This document shows, piece after piece, positions 37,978 through 51,630 of a stretch of DNA of 64,000 nt. The stretch is from Octopus bimaculoides (lineage: Eukaryota). The notes beneath the pieces are model-generated. The model saw only the letters and a program-made list of their open reading frames with translations. It did no database searches and was not told the DNA's origin. Position 1 is the first letter of the stretch. Each line of letters starts with the position of its first letter. A program made the translations under genes and the position numbers. The stretch lies in NCBI RefSeq assembly GCF_001194135.2, contig NC_069001.1, forward strand, positions 34,222,127 to 34,286,126. The letters run 5' to 3'.

Positions 37978-38126
37978 CTTTTCTACTTTAAGCATAAGGC
38001 TCGAAATTTTGGGGGAGGGGGCCAGTCGATTAGATCGACACCAGTTCGCAACTGGTACTTAATTTTTCGACCTCCACAGAATTTGAACTCAGAACGTAAA
38101 GATTGATGAAATACTGCTAAGCATTT
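37978..38126 (-). mobile_element. SINE family A, internally deleted
   Basis: CAGTCGATTAGATCGACACCAG...AACTGGTACTTAATTT...GAATTTGAACTCAGAACGTAAAG. Confidence 0.8.
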
Positions 38127-38170
38127 GACTTCAGTTTAGTGTCCTTGCTTAGTGATTATTGTTTATTATA

Positions 38171-38396
38171 GGTGTGGTCATGGCTGTGTGGTTGAGAAGA
38201 TCACTTCCTGACACTATAATTTTAGGTTCAGTCCCACAGTGTGGTCCCTTGGGCTAGTATCTCTTATAGCTACAGTGAGTGGATTTGGTAGATGGAAATC
38301 TACCAAAGATAGTTGCCCAAGGTACCACACAATGGGATTGAACCTGAAACTATGTGGTTTCGAAGCAAACTTCATAAACAAACAGCCACACCTGTG
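38171..38396. mobile_element. Two SINE family B heads in inverted orientation (forward 38171-38290, reverse 38300-38396)
   Basis: TGGCTGTGTGGTT...GGTTCAGTCCCACAGTGTGG...TTGGGC versus GCCCAAGGTACCACACAATGGGATTGAACC...ACAGCCACACC. Confidence 0.75.
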
Positions 38397-38622
38397 GCTA
38401 TTTTACAAATATATATTTCAATCTGAGAAAGAAAAAAAAAATGAATCAAACATGTCATTATATACTCATTAACTCTGCTTCTATCATTAGAAGTAGTCTT
38501 CAGGTAAAACCTAATGAAAATTCTCAGAAAAAACGAGAATGGGAATAAGATAATATTTTTAATTATAAATATTTGTGTGAGTATTTGCATGAATGCACAT
38601 GTTCCTTTCCATTTTCCTGCAT

Positions 38623-38725
<103 letters not shown>

Positions 38726-39242
38726 CGACTGCACACTTCTGTGCATGCATTAACATTTAGAGGCTAAATGTCTGAGTTGATAAAATACTGGAGATTCACC
38801 AACTCCTAAGCCATTCTGATCATCTTCTGCTTTCACTTCGTCTTTTATTTTTGCTTTGTAAGTTTTCTTCTGTTTTCCTTATTTATTTATTTATTTTCCT
38901 TTACTTACTTTTTTTAGTTTTTATTTTGCTCAAATTTCTTTCCTTTCTACAACCATGCTTTTGTTTTTCCTTCATGTTGCAAAAATGAAACTGGTTCTAT
39001 TATCTATTCACTGGTTGAACAATTTCTTTCCAGTGAAAAACAAAACAAAACAAAACAAAACAATTTTTGTAAGGTTTTTATTATTACTATTATTACTATT
39101 ATTATCATTATTTTATTTTCAGGGGTTCTATCTCTACACTTGGAAACTGTATTTGAGAAAAATAAAAAGAATCCCTAATCATTTGTTAGACTATCTTAGA
39201 CTAGAACCATTATCATTACTGTCAAAGTCCTCAACCTTTCTC

Positions 39243-39270
39243 TTGTTGCTGCTGCTGCTGCTGCTGCTGC

Positions 39271-39307
<37 letters not shown>

Positions 39308-39395
39308 CTTCTTCTTCTTCTTCTTCTTCTTCTTCTTCTTCTTCTTCTTCTTCTTCTTCTTCTTCTTCTTCTTCTTCTTCTTCTTCTTCTTCTTC
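39243..39395. repeat. Compound trinucleotide microsatellite (GCT)n-(GTT)n-(CTT)n
   Basis: Direct reading; source of the polyL/polyF and polyK/N/S ORFs. Confidence 0.95.
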
Positions 39396-40313
39396 AGCAT
39401 TGTCCACATCCTTGTTTTATGCCCACGTGGGGGTCACCACCTGTCAGAGTGCAAAATGTTTTATGTATGTATGTGTGTGTGTGTTCCATTTTGTTTGTTT
39501 TTGTCCCTACATTGCATGACAGCTAAGAGAGGCATATGGGAGAAAATCCTGATTTGACATCAAGGTCAGGATAGGCCACAACATAGCGAACCTGCTATGC
39601 ATAACAAAGAACAGAGACCAGTGGTGACAACTGACCATGAAAGCATCTAGAATGGTGTCCTAATGACTGGCTGCATCAGTTATGGAATCTTGATGATGAT
39701 GAAGATGATGATGATGATGATGATGATGATGATAATGAAGGTTAGAGAATAAAAATAAGAACACAAGTGGGTTTTCTACTAACTGAATTGCAGTGAAACA
39801 GTAAATTACTAAGACATTTGAAGTATTCCAGAAAGAACCAGTCCATCGGTCTATGAATCTGTATGCAATCAACAGCAATGAAAACAAAAGGATTGTTACT
39901 CAGGGTTCTTTTAATGTCAGTGAACACTTCCATACTCTCATTACATTGATCTTTCGTTGAGATGTGTTAAAATGTCAAAAACATTGCTCAAACAACTTAG
40001 CAATTGTTGATCATAGTTTGCTTCCAAGAAGTAGAATGATATGGAAATATAACATTTATTGTTGTTGCTGTTGTTGTTGTTTTTTCGTTTTGAAACAACA
40101 CAATTTAATGGGGTCAACTTCGTGGGGTGGAGGAGGCAGTTGGGGGTGTTTCTGCATCAGGTCTTGTTTTTTTTGTGGTTTTGTTTTTTTATCATAGCAG
40201 ATCTTGGAAGTGTCATTGTCATTCTTAAATGTTACTGCTGCCTTTATTCATAAAGGACTACTTATTATTATATCATACATGCCTGAGGTTAGAAGCAACC
40301 ACATAGTTATACG

Positions 40314-40346
<33 letters not shown>

Positions 40347-40389
40347 ACACACACACATCTACATATGTACATGCACACATATATATATG

Positions 40390-40421
<32 letters not shown>

Positions 40422-40474
40422 AATACACACATTATACATATATGTATATACATAATACACACATACATGCATAG

Positions 40475-40505
<31 letters not shown>

Positions 40506-40543
40506 GAGAGAGAGAGAGAGACACACACACACACACACACACG

Positions 40544-40626
<83 letters not shown>

Positions 40627-40934
40627 TTCAGTCACTACATGTCTTTCTGCCTTAATAATATTTTCTTCAAGCATCACGGACTTTAAAATGTCATATGATC
40701 TAGAGATCCAGTCATCGAAAACATCAGGTTGATTCCTATGCTGACTTAAATGCTTAGTAATCACCTGATATCATGAATTATCGTAAGGGCATATTTTTTA
40801 CCGTAACAACTTAGCGAAGGAAACATAAACCAAGTTACCATCATTATCATCAACAACCTTTAGACATTAACGACTCAAGTCCTAGGACTCATACAACCAG
40901 TTACCAAATTTTTATAATGTTTAAAGGACCAAGT

Positions 40935-41122
40935 GCACACCAGTTCCTCTGAACAGCATGCCAGCTTGTTACAGGGTTTTTCATTTACAGCTGAGTAGAC
41001 TGGACCTATGTGAAATGATGTATTTTACACAAGAATATGAGGCACCATCTGGTCTGGCAATTGAAACCATGATCTCTTGATTATGTGTGCAACACCCTAA
41101 CCACTGGGCCATGAGCCATCAC
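40935..41122 (-). mobile_element. SINE family E (tRNA head plus V/Meta-like central domain)
   Basis: Minus strand ATGGCCCAGTGGTTAGGGTGTTG...GGTTTCAATTGCCAGACC...GTCCAGTCTACTCAGCTGTAAATG; homologous to 43118-43340. Confidence 0.65.
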
Positions 41123-41244
41123 TTATCATCGCATAAACACGAAATGTTTTGAAAAGACGTTCAAGCAAGAAAAAGTAGGCTTTATTTGATAAATCTCCAA
41201 GAATATTGACATTACAGCACTGTACTGATTTCTGACAGAATGTG

Positions 41245-41473
41245 GTTGATGCCAGTGTCACCTGCCTGGCTCCTGTGCTGGTGGCACGCAAAAAGCACTC
41301 ACTACATTCTGGGAGTGGTTGGCATTAGGAAGGGCATCCAACAGTAGAAACATTGCCAGATCAGATTGGAGCCTGGTGCAGCCTACTGGCTTGCCAGTCC
41401 TCAGTCAAACCGTTCAACCCATGCCAGCATGGAAAACGGATGTTAAGCGATGACAATGATGATGATGGTGATG
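41245..41473 (+). mobile_element. RTE-tailed SINE / RTE 3' UTR copy
   Basis: GTGCTGGTGGCACGCAAAAAGCAC, GGTTGGCATTAGGAAGGGCATCC, (GAT)n tail. Confidence 0.85.
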
Positions 41474-41643
41474 ATACAAGGCCCCAGATTTAGTGGATAG
41501 GTACAGTCAATTAGGTTGAACCCTATTAATCAACTGGTACTTATTTTATCTTCCCTAAAAGAATGCAAGACAAAGCTGACTTTGGTGAGATGTGAACTCA
41601 TAACACAAAGCCTTGCAACTAAATACCACAAAGAATTTTGTCT
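41474..41643 (-). mobile_element. SINE family A, degenerate
   Basis: CAACTGGTACTTATTTTATC...GATGTGAACTCATAAC. Confidence 0.65.
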
Positions 41644-43117
41644 GTCACTTGACTAAGACAGTCACTGACAGCATTGCTAACAGTAATGATATGTAGTCTG
41701 TTCTTTTGGCTGCTCTACAAAACATCAATTATCCATTGATTTGATTCAATTGCCGAGTTTCTATTCATTAATGGCAGATCATACAAAACCATTGCTTTCA
41801 GAACAATGGAGTAAGTCTGGTAATAAGTCTCTGGTAAATATTTATTCTCTTCATAACAATGGATCGTTTCATAAATATTTAGAAAGTCTCAGCATTATGT
41901 GCCAAGTTTGGAATCAGTGTTCTTTGTGCTTCTCTCAAAAAGCATTATAATCTTCAGTTCCCTGTTATTTCCATTTCACAATACAACTTTCATTTTCCTG
42001 CTTGCTTAACATCTGTTTCCTTTATGCTGGCAGAAGTTTGCATGAATAGTTATTTAAGACAGGATTTTACAGCTGGGTGCTTTTCCCGTTGCCTACTCTT
42101 AGCTGTTTTCCTAGTAAGAGATTTATTAGGCAAACCTATGAAAGTGCAGAGTAAGCACTCATAGGGTCAACAAGTAATGTCAACATCAGCACTGCTTCAC
42201 TCAAACAGTAACAAGTGCAGAACATAAGCAACTCCCNNNNNNNNNNNNNNNNNNNNNNNNNNNNNNNNNNNCCCACCCCACCCCACACACATACACATAG
42301 ACTTACATGTGTATATATGCTTGCAACTGGTTTCCTGCAGTTTCTGGAACCATGTGGCTGGGAAGAAAGCTTCTAACCACACAGCCATCTTTAAAATCTT
42401 GAAGCTACAAAATACTACATGATTAATTCTAAAAAATGTGGATTAATAAAAATTATATTTGATAAATTATTCTGAATGCTAAAGGCTTAGGCTAGGGTTC
42501 CAATTATGAATTCCAAAGTATTTGCAAACGACAAATAACTTATTTCTGCATTCACCTAAATTGTTCTTCAAAACTTTCCTGCTGCTTTCATAGTGATATG
42601 GCCTTTTATTTCATCTTATTTTATTTCATCTCAATTTATTTTTATGTTCCCATCATGCATCCTGTTATCTATAGATCAGACGTCTATTTATTACCATTGG
42701 AATTATTGTTTCCGACATTTACAGCGTATCCATTTCTTCTTTCATAGATAATCTAATATTAGTATTAATGTATCTTCATGTGAAAATATTTGCGTGAAAC
42801 AACTTAACAACTTACTGAGAGGATAAAATATCACTGATAAAGAAAAAAGGACAAAAACAAAGCATACAAACACACACACACACAATTAGTGTCACAGTTC
42901 TTTGTTGTTAACTGGTTGGTATTTGTAGATCTTCAGACTCAGCTGACTTCAACAGCGCTGGAAACAAATAAATATGACGATAAAAAGGATACTCATATTT
43001 CTTATCTTGGTTATTAAAACACTGGATAATTATTATTCTTGTTATTTTATTTTTGATATTTCACACCTATATATTTTTTCTGGCATGGTTTAAAAGCTTC
43101 TGTAAAAAAATATCATC

Positions 43118-43340
43118 GGGGGAGATGTATGGGGCTTAGTGGATGAGGTGTTGGACACTTATGATCGTAAGATTGTGGTTTCAGTTCCTGGACCAGGTGG
43201 CACGTTGTGTTCTTGAGCAAGACACTTTATTCGACATTGCTCCAGTCCACTCAGCTGGTAAAATGGAGTAATCTTGCAATGGACCAGTGTCCCATCCAGG
43301 AAGGATTTATGTACATGAGAAAAACTGGGAAACTAGCCCT
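43118..43340 (+). mobile_element. SINE family E (tRNA head plus V/Meta-like central domain)
   Basis: A/B-box-like head, then GTTGTGTTCTTGAGCAAGACACTTT...GCTCCAGTCCACTCAGCTGG...TGCAATGGACCAGTGTCCCATCCAGG, typical of V/Meta SINE cores. Domain name is recall-based. Confidence 0.7.
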
Positions 43341-43724
43341 ATGCTCCTTACAGAGAAATATGGGCTAAACATATCTGGGTCAAATAATATCGTAAATATA
43401 TCAAAATTTGTATTATGGAGTTGCAAACATCTTCATAAATCTATGCCCTTCTTTCCCTTCGTTATTCAACAAGGATGAATTATATTTTTGCAATCTGGTG
43501 TCTTAGCTCTACCCCAGACACAGTATGATGTGGTATTTGCGATGGGGTTTGAACTTATAACTATTTGGTTCATAAAGAGTATTTTATAATGACTCTACCT
43601 CTTGTGTACTATATGAAAATAATATGCCCGTTTTGTAATTAAAATACAGGCCACAGGATTTGAACTTGTGGTTCATGGGTATGAATATACAATTTATGTA
43701 TTGCTGTTATATATTAACTCATCT

Positions 43725-43980
43725 GCATGGCTGCACGACTAAGATGTTTGCTTCTTAATCATGTGGTTTCATGTTCAATCCCACAGCATAGTACCTTGCC
43801 GTGGGTTGATCAAGCCTAGGAATTGAATTTGGAAGACAGAAACTGCATGGAGCCATCATGTGTGGGTGTGTGTGTGCATGACTCCAGTGCTCAACTGGTA
43901 CTTGATTTATCGACCCTGAAAGAATGAAAGGCAAAGTCGACTTCGGCAGAATTTGAACTCACAATGTAAAAATAAACAAA
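43725..43980. mobile_element. SINE family B head (+, 43725-43875) abutting SINE family A fragment (-, 43882-43980)
   Basis: GTTCAATCCCACAGCATAGTACCTTG; CTCAACTGGTACTTGATTTATCGACCCTGAAAGAATGAAAGGCAAAGTCGAC. Confidence 0.75.
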
Positions 43981-44388
43981 TTGTCAATTTAGACACTAGA
44001 CTAAACCTTTTAGGGTAAAGAGTTTGTCAGTACCACAGACCCCTGTATTTGATAAGCACTTTATTTCTATTGAGCCCTGAAAAGATGAAAAACAAAGGGA
44101 ATCATTGGCATTAGTGTATTGTTTACAGGCATCATCTAAGGGAGTTGTTTTTTTCTGAAAACAAAATCCAACAGTGAAAGTTGTATTCACATCTCAGTCT
44201 GTTCAAACATGATAAGAATGAACATATTCATCATTGTTTTGATTGCCATTGTCTTTGCTTTGTATGGTGATGGTAATTTAATATCAGCTTTGTAAATCTC
44301 ATCACACATCAAATCAACAAATATATCTTGCTTGTAGAATTCCATCTGCAACAATGAATTCTTGTCTAACTTCAGAGTTCTGGATAGT

Positions 44389-44439
44389 GTTTCTCACTGA
44401 GGAGGTGCAATCATGCTGAAACACTGGTGTCTATGAATC
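44389..44439 (+). ncRNA. Decayed type I hammerhead-like motif
   Basis: CUGAGGA 44397-44403; shortened stem II GCA/UGC; GAAA 44418-21; quasi-palindromic stem III ACACUGGUGU; GUC triplet; stem I 5 of 8 pairs. Confidence 0.5.
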
Positions 44440-45099
44440 TGCTAAGGTCACTAGAGTGAATGTGTTTATTTACATCAACCAGAAGAGAATGTTGTTCTCT
44501 GAAGATAAAGATTCAATTAAATTATACTCCATTGCTAAAATTACTTTTCTACAGTTTATTTATTTCAGTTAATAGTGTTTTAATCACATAAGAACACTTC
44601 TATTTTGCCTAGTTTAAAGAGAGAAAAATATTTGTTCTATTTCTGACTCTCTTATCATTTAGAATTAATTTATACTCACAAGAAAAATAATTAGAGAGTT
44701 CAATTTATTTTATATTTTTAATTATTATTTTTTATTTATTCATTTATTCCTACATTTATTCCTGGCTTGACAAAACTTTTGTCAAGTAATTATAAGTGGT
44801 TTTATGAAAATATAGGTGATCTCAAAATACATAAAAATTTTTATTTGCTTATTTTTCTGAGTACAGTTAATAGTGTAAACAGTCATTGGCAGAAAAGTTT
44901 TAACTGTCGTTATTTCATATATAAGGTAGGCAAAGGGTTACATATTAGATTTATCGTTACCTTTATTTTATCATTGTTTTTCTAAGAAGGTATGGAGCTG
45001 GCAGACACATTAGAGTGTTGGACAGAATATCTTGCAGTATTTTTGTCAACCTGAGTTCAAATCCCACCGTGGCTAATTTCAGAGTTGATAAAAAATTCT

Positions 45100-45200
45100 G
45101 ATCCAGAGCAATGGATTTGAAGAAGGGATGGTCACATCTGGAATATCCTTGATCAGTAGATCTGCTCAGTGATGGCCAACCTGGGTCTAGGCTACAAAAT
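45100..45200 (+). mobile_element. Family C 3' fragment
   Basis: GGGATGGTCACATCTGGAATATCCTTGATCAG...CCTGGGTCTAGGCTACAA. Confidence 0.6.
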
Positions 45201-45679
45201 TATTATTATTTTCTACATTGTCATTATCATTTGCTTCCTCCTTTTCCTCATCATTTTTATTCATCCTTATCCAGCACACATTTCATAAACATTACACATA
45301 TATTTCATGTATTTATTTACTTTCTAATCAAAACTGGAAACCACAAAAGACTTGAGAATGATATCTCAGTTAGTTCCAAAACCAACGTTACAGAGATTAT
45401 ATTTTTCATTACTGTTTGACTGAATATTTGCTTAAAATGGCATTCATTATTCCTAATGATAGACGATAATTAAATAGAATCTATGAGATTTTAATTAGAA
45501 ACCACTATTGGTTTATCGAAATTTCCTATCTACACAATGGGTTCACCATAAATCTATTTGATTGGCTGTTTTTATTTGCTTTGTGATATCTCTGTCTTAC
45601 AATCATCTTATTTATTTTTCTTTTACATCATAACAAATATTCTTAAAGGGAGTTTTATGACCAGTCAATGAGATAATGA

Positions 45680-45830
45680 AAGCCTCTATGTAGTCACTAA
45701 ATATACTAGAAATAGCAACCATATCTTTCATGTTGTTTAAAAACAAAAGGAAGGAATTATTGGTTATGTCTGACTATATAAGGAATGGTCACGACTGGAG
45801 TGCCTTTGATCATAGGTTTATGAACGTTGG
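45680..45830 (+). mobile_element. Family C fragment
   Basis: AAGCCTCTATGTAGTC...CTAGAAATAGCAACC...GGTCACGACTGGAGTGCCTTTGATCATAGG. Confidence 0.65.
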
Positions 45831-45904
45831 TGAAACATGGTGATGTTCATCATGCTTTAATTAGCCTCATAATGAAAAAATAAATGCAGGCATAAGTTTA
45901 ACCT

Positions 45905-46110
45905 GATTGTTACTTCTAACCACAAGGTTCCAGGTTCAGTCCCACTGCATGGAATGTTGGGCAAGTAAGTGTCCTGTACTGTAACCTTGGGCTGACCCTC
46001 ACCTTGTGAGTAGGTGTGTGTGTGTGCGTGCTTCACAAATGGTGTTGGTGTGTTTATGTTTCTGTAACTTAGCGGTTCAGCAAAGTAGACCAATAGAATA
46101 TTCATTGGTA
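45905..46110 (+). mobile_element. SINE family B, internally deleted
   Basis: AACCACAAGGTTCCAGGTTCAGTCCCACTGC...GTAACTTAGCGGTTCAGCAAAG. Confidence 0.75.
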
Positions 46111-46287
46111 TATAATGCTGTAGACAGACACAATACTGTAAATTGTAAAGCTGATGATCCATCTAAAAAAACTGAAACCAGTTAAACAGACATTGTTCTT
46201 CTATTCTTCCAGCCCTTGTAGTAGTAGTTATGCTTTATGCACCGTAAGAAATCTGTTTTAAATAACAAATATGCATTGACAATGGCA

Positions 46288-46501
46288 TTGGTGAGCTGGC
46301 AGAACTGTTAGCACTTTGGGTAAAATGCTTCATGGCATTTTGTCCATCTTTATGTTCTGAGTTCAAATTCCATCGAGAGTGACTTGGTCTTTCATCCTTT
46401 CGGGGTCAATAAATTAAGCAGCAGTTACGCACTGGGGTGGATGTAATCGATTATCTCCCTCCCCCAAATTTCAGGCCTCGTGCCTATAGTAGAAAGGATT
46501 A

Positions 46502-46544
<43 letters not shown>

Positions 46545-46790
46545 GGCAGTGAGCTGGCAGAAATGTTAGTACGCCGGGCTAAGTGCTTAGGAGTATTTCG
46601 TCTGTCTTTACGTTCTGAGTTCAAATTCCACCGAGGTGTCAACTTCGCCTTTCATCCTTTGGGATCAATAAATTAAGTACCAGTTGCCTACTGGGTTCAA
46701 TCTAATTGATTGGTCCCCACCCCAAAAATTTCGGGCCTTGTGCCTAGAGCAGAAAAGCTTATCATCATCATTATTATTATTATTATTATT
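46288..46790 (+). mobile_element. Two tandem SINE family A copies with (ATT)n tails (46288-46544, 46545-46790)
   Basis: GTGAGCTGGCAGAA heads, GTTCTGAGTTCAAATTCC, CTTTCATCCTTT, AAATTTCAGGCC, (ATT)n. Confidence 0.9.
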
Positions 46791-48323
46791 ACACTCTTCA
46801 GTATAATAATTTCACTTTACTTTGTTTCAATGTTCTGGAGTAAAATTACATGAACGTAATATTGATTTACTCTGGAGATTCTACATATGAATTTCTGTAT
46901 TTGTTATTGCTAATATTTTTCATAGATGTGTATGCATTATATGGAGTCTGTAAACATGGTTAAGCAGAAATATTTATGCATAGATAGACAAATGGATCCA
47001 CTAAGGAAGGGAGGGACATGCTGGTATGATTTGATGAACAGGCAACCAGACATACATAAGAATATATAGGCGTATGCATGTATGTATGCATGTATATATA
47101 TATATGTATGTATGTATAAGCAGTCATACACTTTGTGGGCTTGACATGCACGCACACTTAATATTCGTTTCCTCAAGTGCATACAAACATAGACATATAT
47201 ATTTACGTATATGCATTCATGTATAGATAAATATACAAACATATATGCATGTGTTTATATATGTGTGTGAGTAAATATATATATACAGATATACATTTAT
47301 GTATAGACAAATATACATACATATATTTATATATAATACAGACAGGGTAATTCACAATGAATGGGTATGTATTCTTTTTGCATTTTTTTTTGTACCATTC
47401 ATTTTGAATTACCCTCTGTGTGTGTGTGTGTGTGTGTGCGTGTGTGTATGTACACAACTTCAGATGAAGAAGAAAGCATGTATATACAACTACAAATACA
47501 AACAAAGTTAGTTGGAGGGTAAAAAATATTCTTACATTGACAGTATTGGTTTAAATATAATGATTTTGTTATGGGGCAATCGTTAAGAATTTTCACATTG
47601 GTTTTTTTTTAATATTCACTTTTTTTGTCTATCAAAAAGAAAAAAAAAGGAAAAGGAAATAATCTAAATTGATTTATCTTGGAAAAAAATGAATTATCTA
47701 ATTTTCAAGGAATATCCAGAGGTCTTGCAAAGGAAGTGGAACATTCAATTAAGTGACCGAGCCATTTTTAATTTTCTATTTTCTTTTTTTTTCCTTCTTC
47801 GTTTTTACTTTGCCAGAGAAGGAATTGAATAAAATGTTTTCTTTTCTGGATGAATGAGTGGAAAATGGTGATGCAATTTGATATTAAAATCTATTTTTCA
47901 ATTCTATTATCCTGGGGTCAAGATTGCAAGTCTTTTTCTGGTAACCTACTGGAAAAATCAAATTTAGAGATGCAGTTAAGTTTTGATCAGGTTTTAAACT
48001 AGCTGAGGATGCATTTTGGGGATTGGATATTTGAAATGTATTATGAAATGTACATGCATGTATGTATAAATGCATACATATGTATGTGCCTATATTTTTG
48101 CATGTATGTGTGTGTGTGTGTAAACGCCTGTGTTAGAATGATGGCAGCTGATGAAGGAAAATGTTCTGTATGTGGCCTGTGTGTTTTCTGTACTCTGGTT
48201 ATTATTATTTTTTTGTCTACTTTTTGTTTGCAACGTCCTGTACCCAGATATACACCTATATATACAGGTAGATGTAGGTATGCACATACTTGTACGTATA
48301 TATGCATATACTCATTTATTATT

Positions 48324-48366
<43 letters not shown>

Positions 48367-49114
48367 TACAAATAAGTGTGTGTCNNNNNNNNNNNNNNNN
48401 NNNNNNNNNNNNNNNNNNNNNNNNNNNNNNNNNNNNNNNNNNNNNNNNNNNNNNNNNNNNNNNNNNNNNNNNNNNNNNNNNNNNNNNNNNNNNNNNNNNN
48501 NNNNNNNNNNNNNNNNNNNNNNNNNNNNNNNNNNNNNNNNTATATATATATATTCTAACATACGTATATATTTACACAAGTATCCACATTTTATTATAGA
48601 CCATGTTTTCATTTAAAATTTTTCTTAACACTTCTTTTTTCTTTTCTTTGTCTTATTAGCCGTTCTAGGGTTTCATTAATATTGACCTGAAATCTATGTT
48701 GATTTGGAACACAAAATTTGTCGTCGATCATAAATTGTGTATGTTTACCATTATAGAAGTTTTGCACACTGAAGCCGTTACATTTAATGATTAGATCATT
48801 CTCAAAACTATCCAGGTCTTTCTCTGCAATCCCGTGATAAAATTTGATCTGAGTTTAATTAATATTTCAGAGTTTCTATCAAACGACTTTATTTATACGT
48901 CAACTCAACTGTTTGAAAGCTGAACTTAAATTCGTTTCCAGTACTTTTATCTGTCTTTGTAGAAATAATTAGCTTGTGTCGTTTACCACTATGTCAAGAT
49001 ACAACAGACTTATGAGCAAAGGTATTCCAGATATGACCAACCTGTCCTTCTTTCAGGTTATGTGTACCCGGAAGAATATCATTGATTGTATCCCTTCCTT
49101 GTTGAAATGGTATT

Positions 49115-49325
49115 CTTTTAGTCCTTTATTCTTTTACTTGTTTCAGTCATTTGACTGTGACAATGCTGGAGCACCCCCTTAAAGGCTTTTTTTTCAGTTG
49201 AAGAGATCGACACCAAGATTTGTTCTTTGTAAGCCTAGTACTTATTCTATCAGTCTCTTTTGCTGCGTTGCTAGGTTACAGGGACATAAACGCACCAGCA
49301 TCAGTTGTCAAGCGATGGCAGAGGT
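49115..49325 (-). mobile_element. SINE family B 3' half
   Basis: TTCTTTTACTTGTTTCAGTCATTTGACTG...GCTGGAGCACC...CTAGTACTTATTCTATC. Confidence 0.85.
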
Positions 49326-51058
49326 ATGCACACATAACTATATATATATATATATATATANNNNNNNNNNGTAAAAGAGAGGGAAGAAGTCAAGCCTCTT
49401 CGTTCATAATCGAACATGCTTCTAATCTATCACTGGGCCAATAGTGGCAAATTGTGAATATATATATATAACAGAAGACACTTGCTCAAGGTGCCAAGCA
49501 GAACATTTTATTTTATTTCAATTACAACTCATTACTCAGAAAACAATACTGAATAAAAGATGGAAAAATATATCCTTTTTACCCTGTCTTTTGAGTCCAA
49601 GCTACTTTTCTTACTGACATAAGGCATTACAGCGGATTCATGTGATCAGCTTTTGGCTTATTCTTCCCTTCAGTATTTTCCTTATCTTTCCATTGTCTGA
49701 AAACATGTTCTGTATATTTTAGCATTATTCACCTTGTTTGAAATATAAGGCCTCACATCTCACACTTCATTTTGCACTTGCTACAGCCTTCTACAAGGCA
49801 ACTTGTCATCGATGGCCTTTATTTCTTGCTGTTTCTATTCATCTCCTCCAAACAAACTATCTTGTTGGTTGTCACGTCCTAAACATTTTATTCTTCGCAG
49901 CCTTACATACTCAAAGCAAACACGTCAAGACATATGACAGCCGAGAAATGACTAAACATTAAATATCAATTGGAAAAACAAAGTGAGCCTGTGTGAATAA
50001 ACCTTTAAATCGTTCAGCATTTTTATGATCTTGGCATGTTAAAGATGATAAAAATTTAATTAAAAGAAATAAAGAACAGCAACAACTACAACAATATCAG
50101 CTGCTTTTAATGTAAGTTAACATGTCAGTAACAGATATCAAATGTTATAATGACATTCCGTTAATAAATCAAAATATTCATAATACATTTAACTTCAACT
50201 TCATACCAAAACACATACATCTTAGAAGCTAAAAGCATTCCCCATCGTTTAGGAATATTTTGCATACAATTAGAATTAATTTAGCCATTAACAAAGTCAT
50301 TTGGTAGTCATTGATATTATATTAATGTTATATGGTTTCAGCTGTCTTAAGTAGTCAGCAACTGTTTAAACAGCTCAATTCATGTCATTTCTCGAGCATA
50401 AATAATCGTTACCATATCAAGTAATTAGAACTAATATGTAGATCTAACTTTAAGCAGGGGAAAAGAATTAAAATAAAAAAAGTCCATAAAAATGGACAAT
50501 TTTCTTCAGGATATAATATTTCTCTCTTGCAAAAGAAAGTCGTTTATTTTTGTCGTTCTTTTGTTAAATGTTCATTTTTTTTTTTTTTGAAATTTTGATG
50601 CATGGTTTCTTTCTTCTCACATTAATCCTTGTAATTATTTTAAGAAAATAAAACATAAAGCAAAAATATAGGTTTGTCCCTCTAGTCATCATTCATCTTA
50701 TAGCACCATTGAAAATAGTTTATATTTTTTAATACCAATTAAGAAAGGAGGAATAAAAAAAAATTAAAAAAACTAAATAATTACCCCAGGAAATAGTAGT
50801 TGTTTAAGGTTTTGACTTTACAATGTTGTTCTGTTAATCTCAACCTTCCTGTTTTTGCTCAATACAAATTGATTTATGATTATACTTGAGGTATTCAATT
50901 TCAGAAGCTATGATAATATTTATTTCAGTTTAGAGTCATGCATATTGGAGCTGTCTAAAAATATCAGCTGCATATGATGGAGTGTGAATAAGTACATCAC
51001 AGATTTCTAGACATTGTTTTCGGAGACGAAGCAATTTACAAATCTTGCAATAGATATA

Positions 51059-51630
51059 TCATCATCATCATCATCATCATCATCATTTAACACCCGTTTT
51101 CCATGCTGGCATGAGTTGGTCAGCTTGATAGGAACTGGTAAGGCCAGGGACCATAGTCTGTCTTGGCTTTGGTTTCAATGGCTGGATGCCCTTCCTAATG
51201 CCAACCATTCCACAGAGTGTAGTGGATGCTTTTTTATGTGGCACCAGAACCCACACTAATGCATTTTTTCTTTATGTGGTACCTTGCTTTTAGGATCTCA
51301 ATTCTGTTGTGATGGTCATGTCTTCTCAAGTATAGCTGTGCACCCCATATCTTGGCCCTCTCTCATCTCCTTTGTAAGGCTCAGTGTTTTGAGATTGGCC
51401 TTAAATATTTCATCCCATGTCTTCCTGGGTCTCCCTCTTCCACACCTTTCCTCCACTTTAAGTGATTGGCACTTCCTCATGCATCTGTCCTCATCCATCT
51501 GCATCACATGACCAGAGCAGTGCAGTCTCCTCTCTTGCATTCTGCATATAATTCCTCTGCTGTCCATCTACTCTCTCAACACACCAATGCTCTGTTACAC
51601 ATGTACACTGACAATGCACATCTGGCAGAA
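51059..51630 (-). pseudogene. 5'-truncated RTE-clade LINE: C-terminal ~100 codons, 3' UTR and (GAT)n tail
   Basis: ORF 51316-51567 QERRLHCSGHVMQMDEDRCMRKC...RGRGRPRKTW...AILEKT matches the RTE C-terminal RRLRWxGHVxRM...GRPRKTW motif. Confidence 0.9.

Noticed and set aside
39191-39557. PolyK/N/S and polyL/F ORFs
   Set aside because: Direct products of the compound trinucleotide microsatellite.
48148-48190. CUGAUGA followed by AGG...CCU
   Set aside because: No GAAA after the putative stem II, so the core is incomplete.
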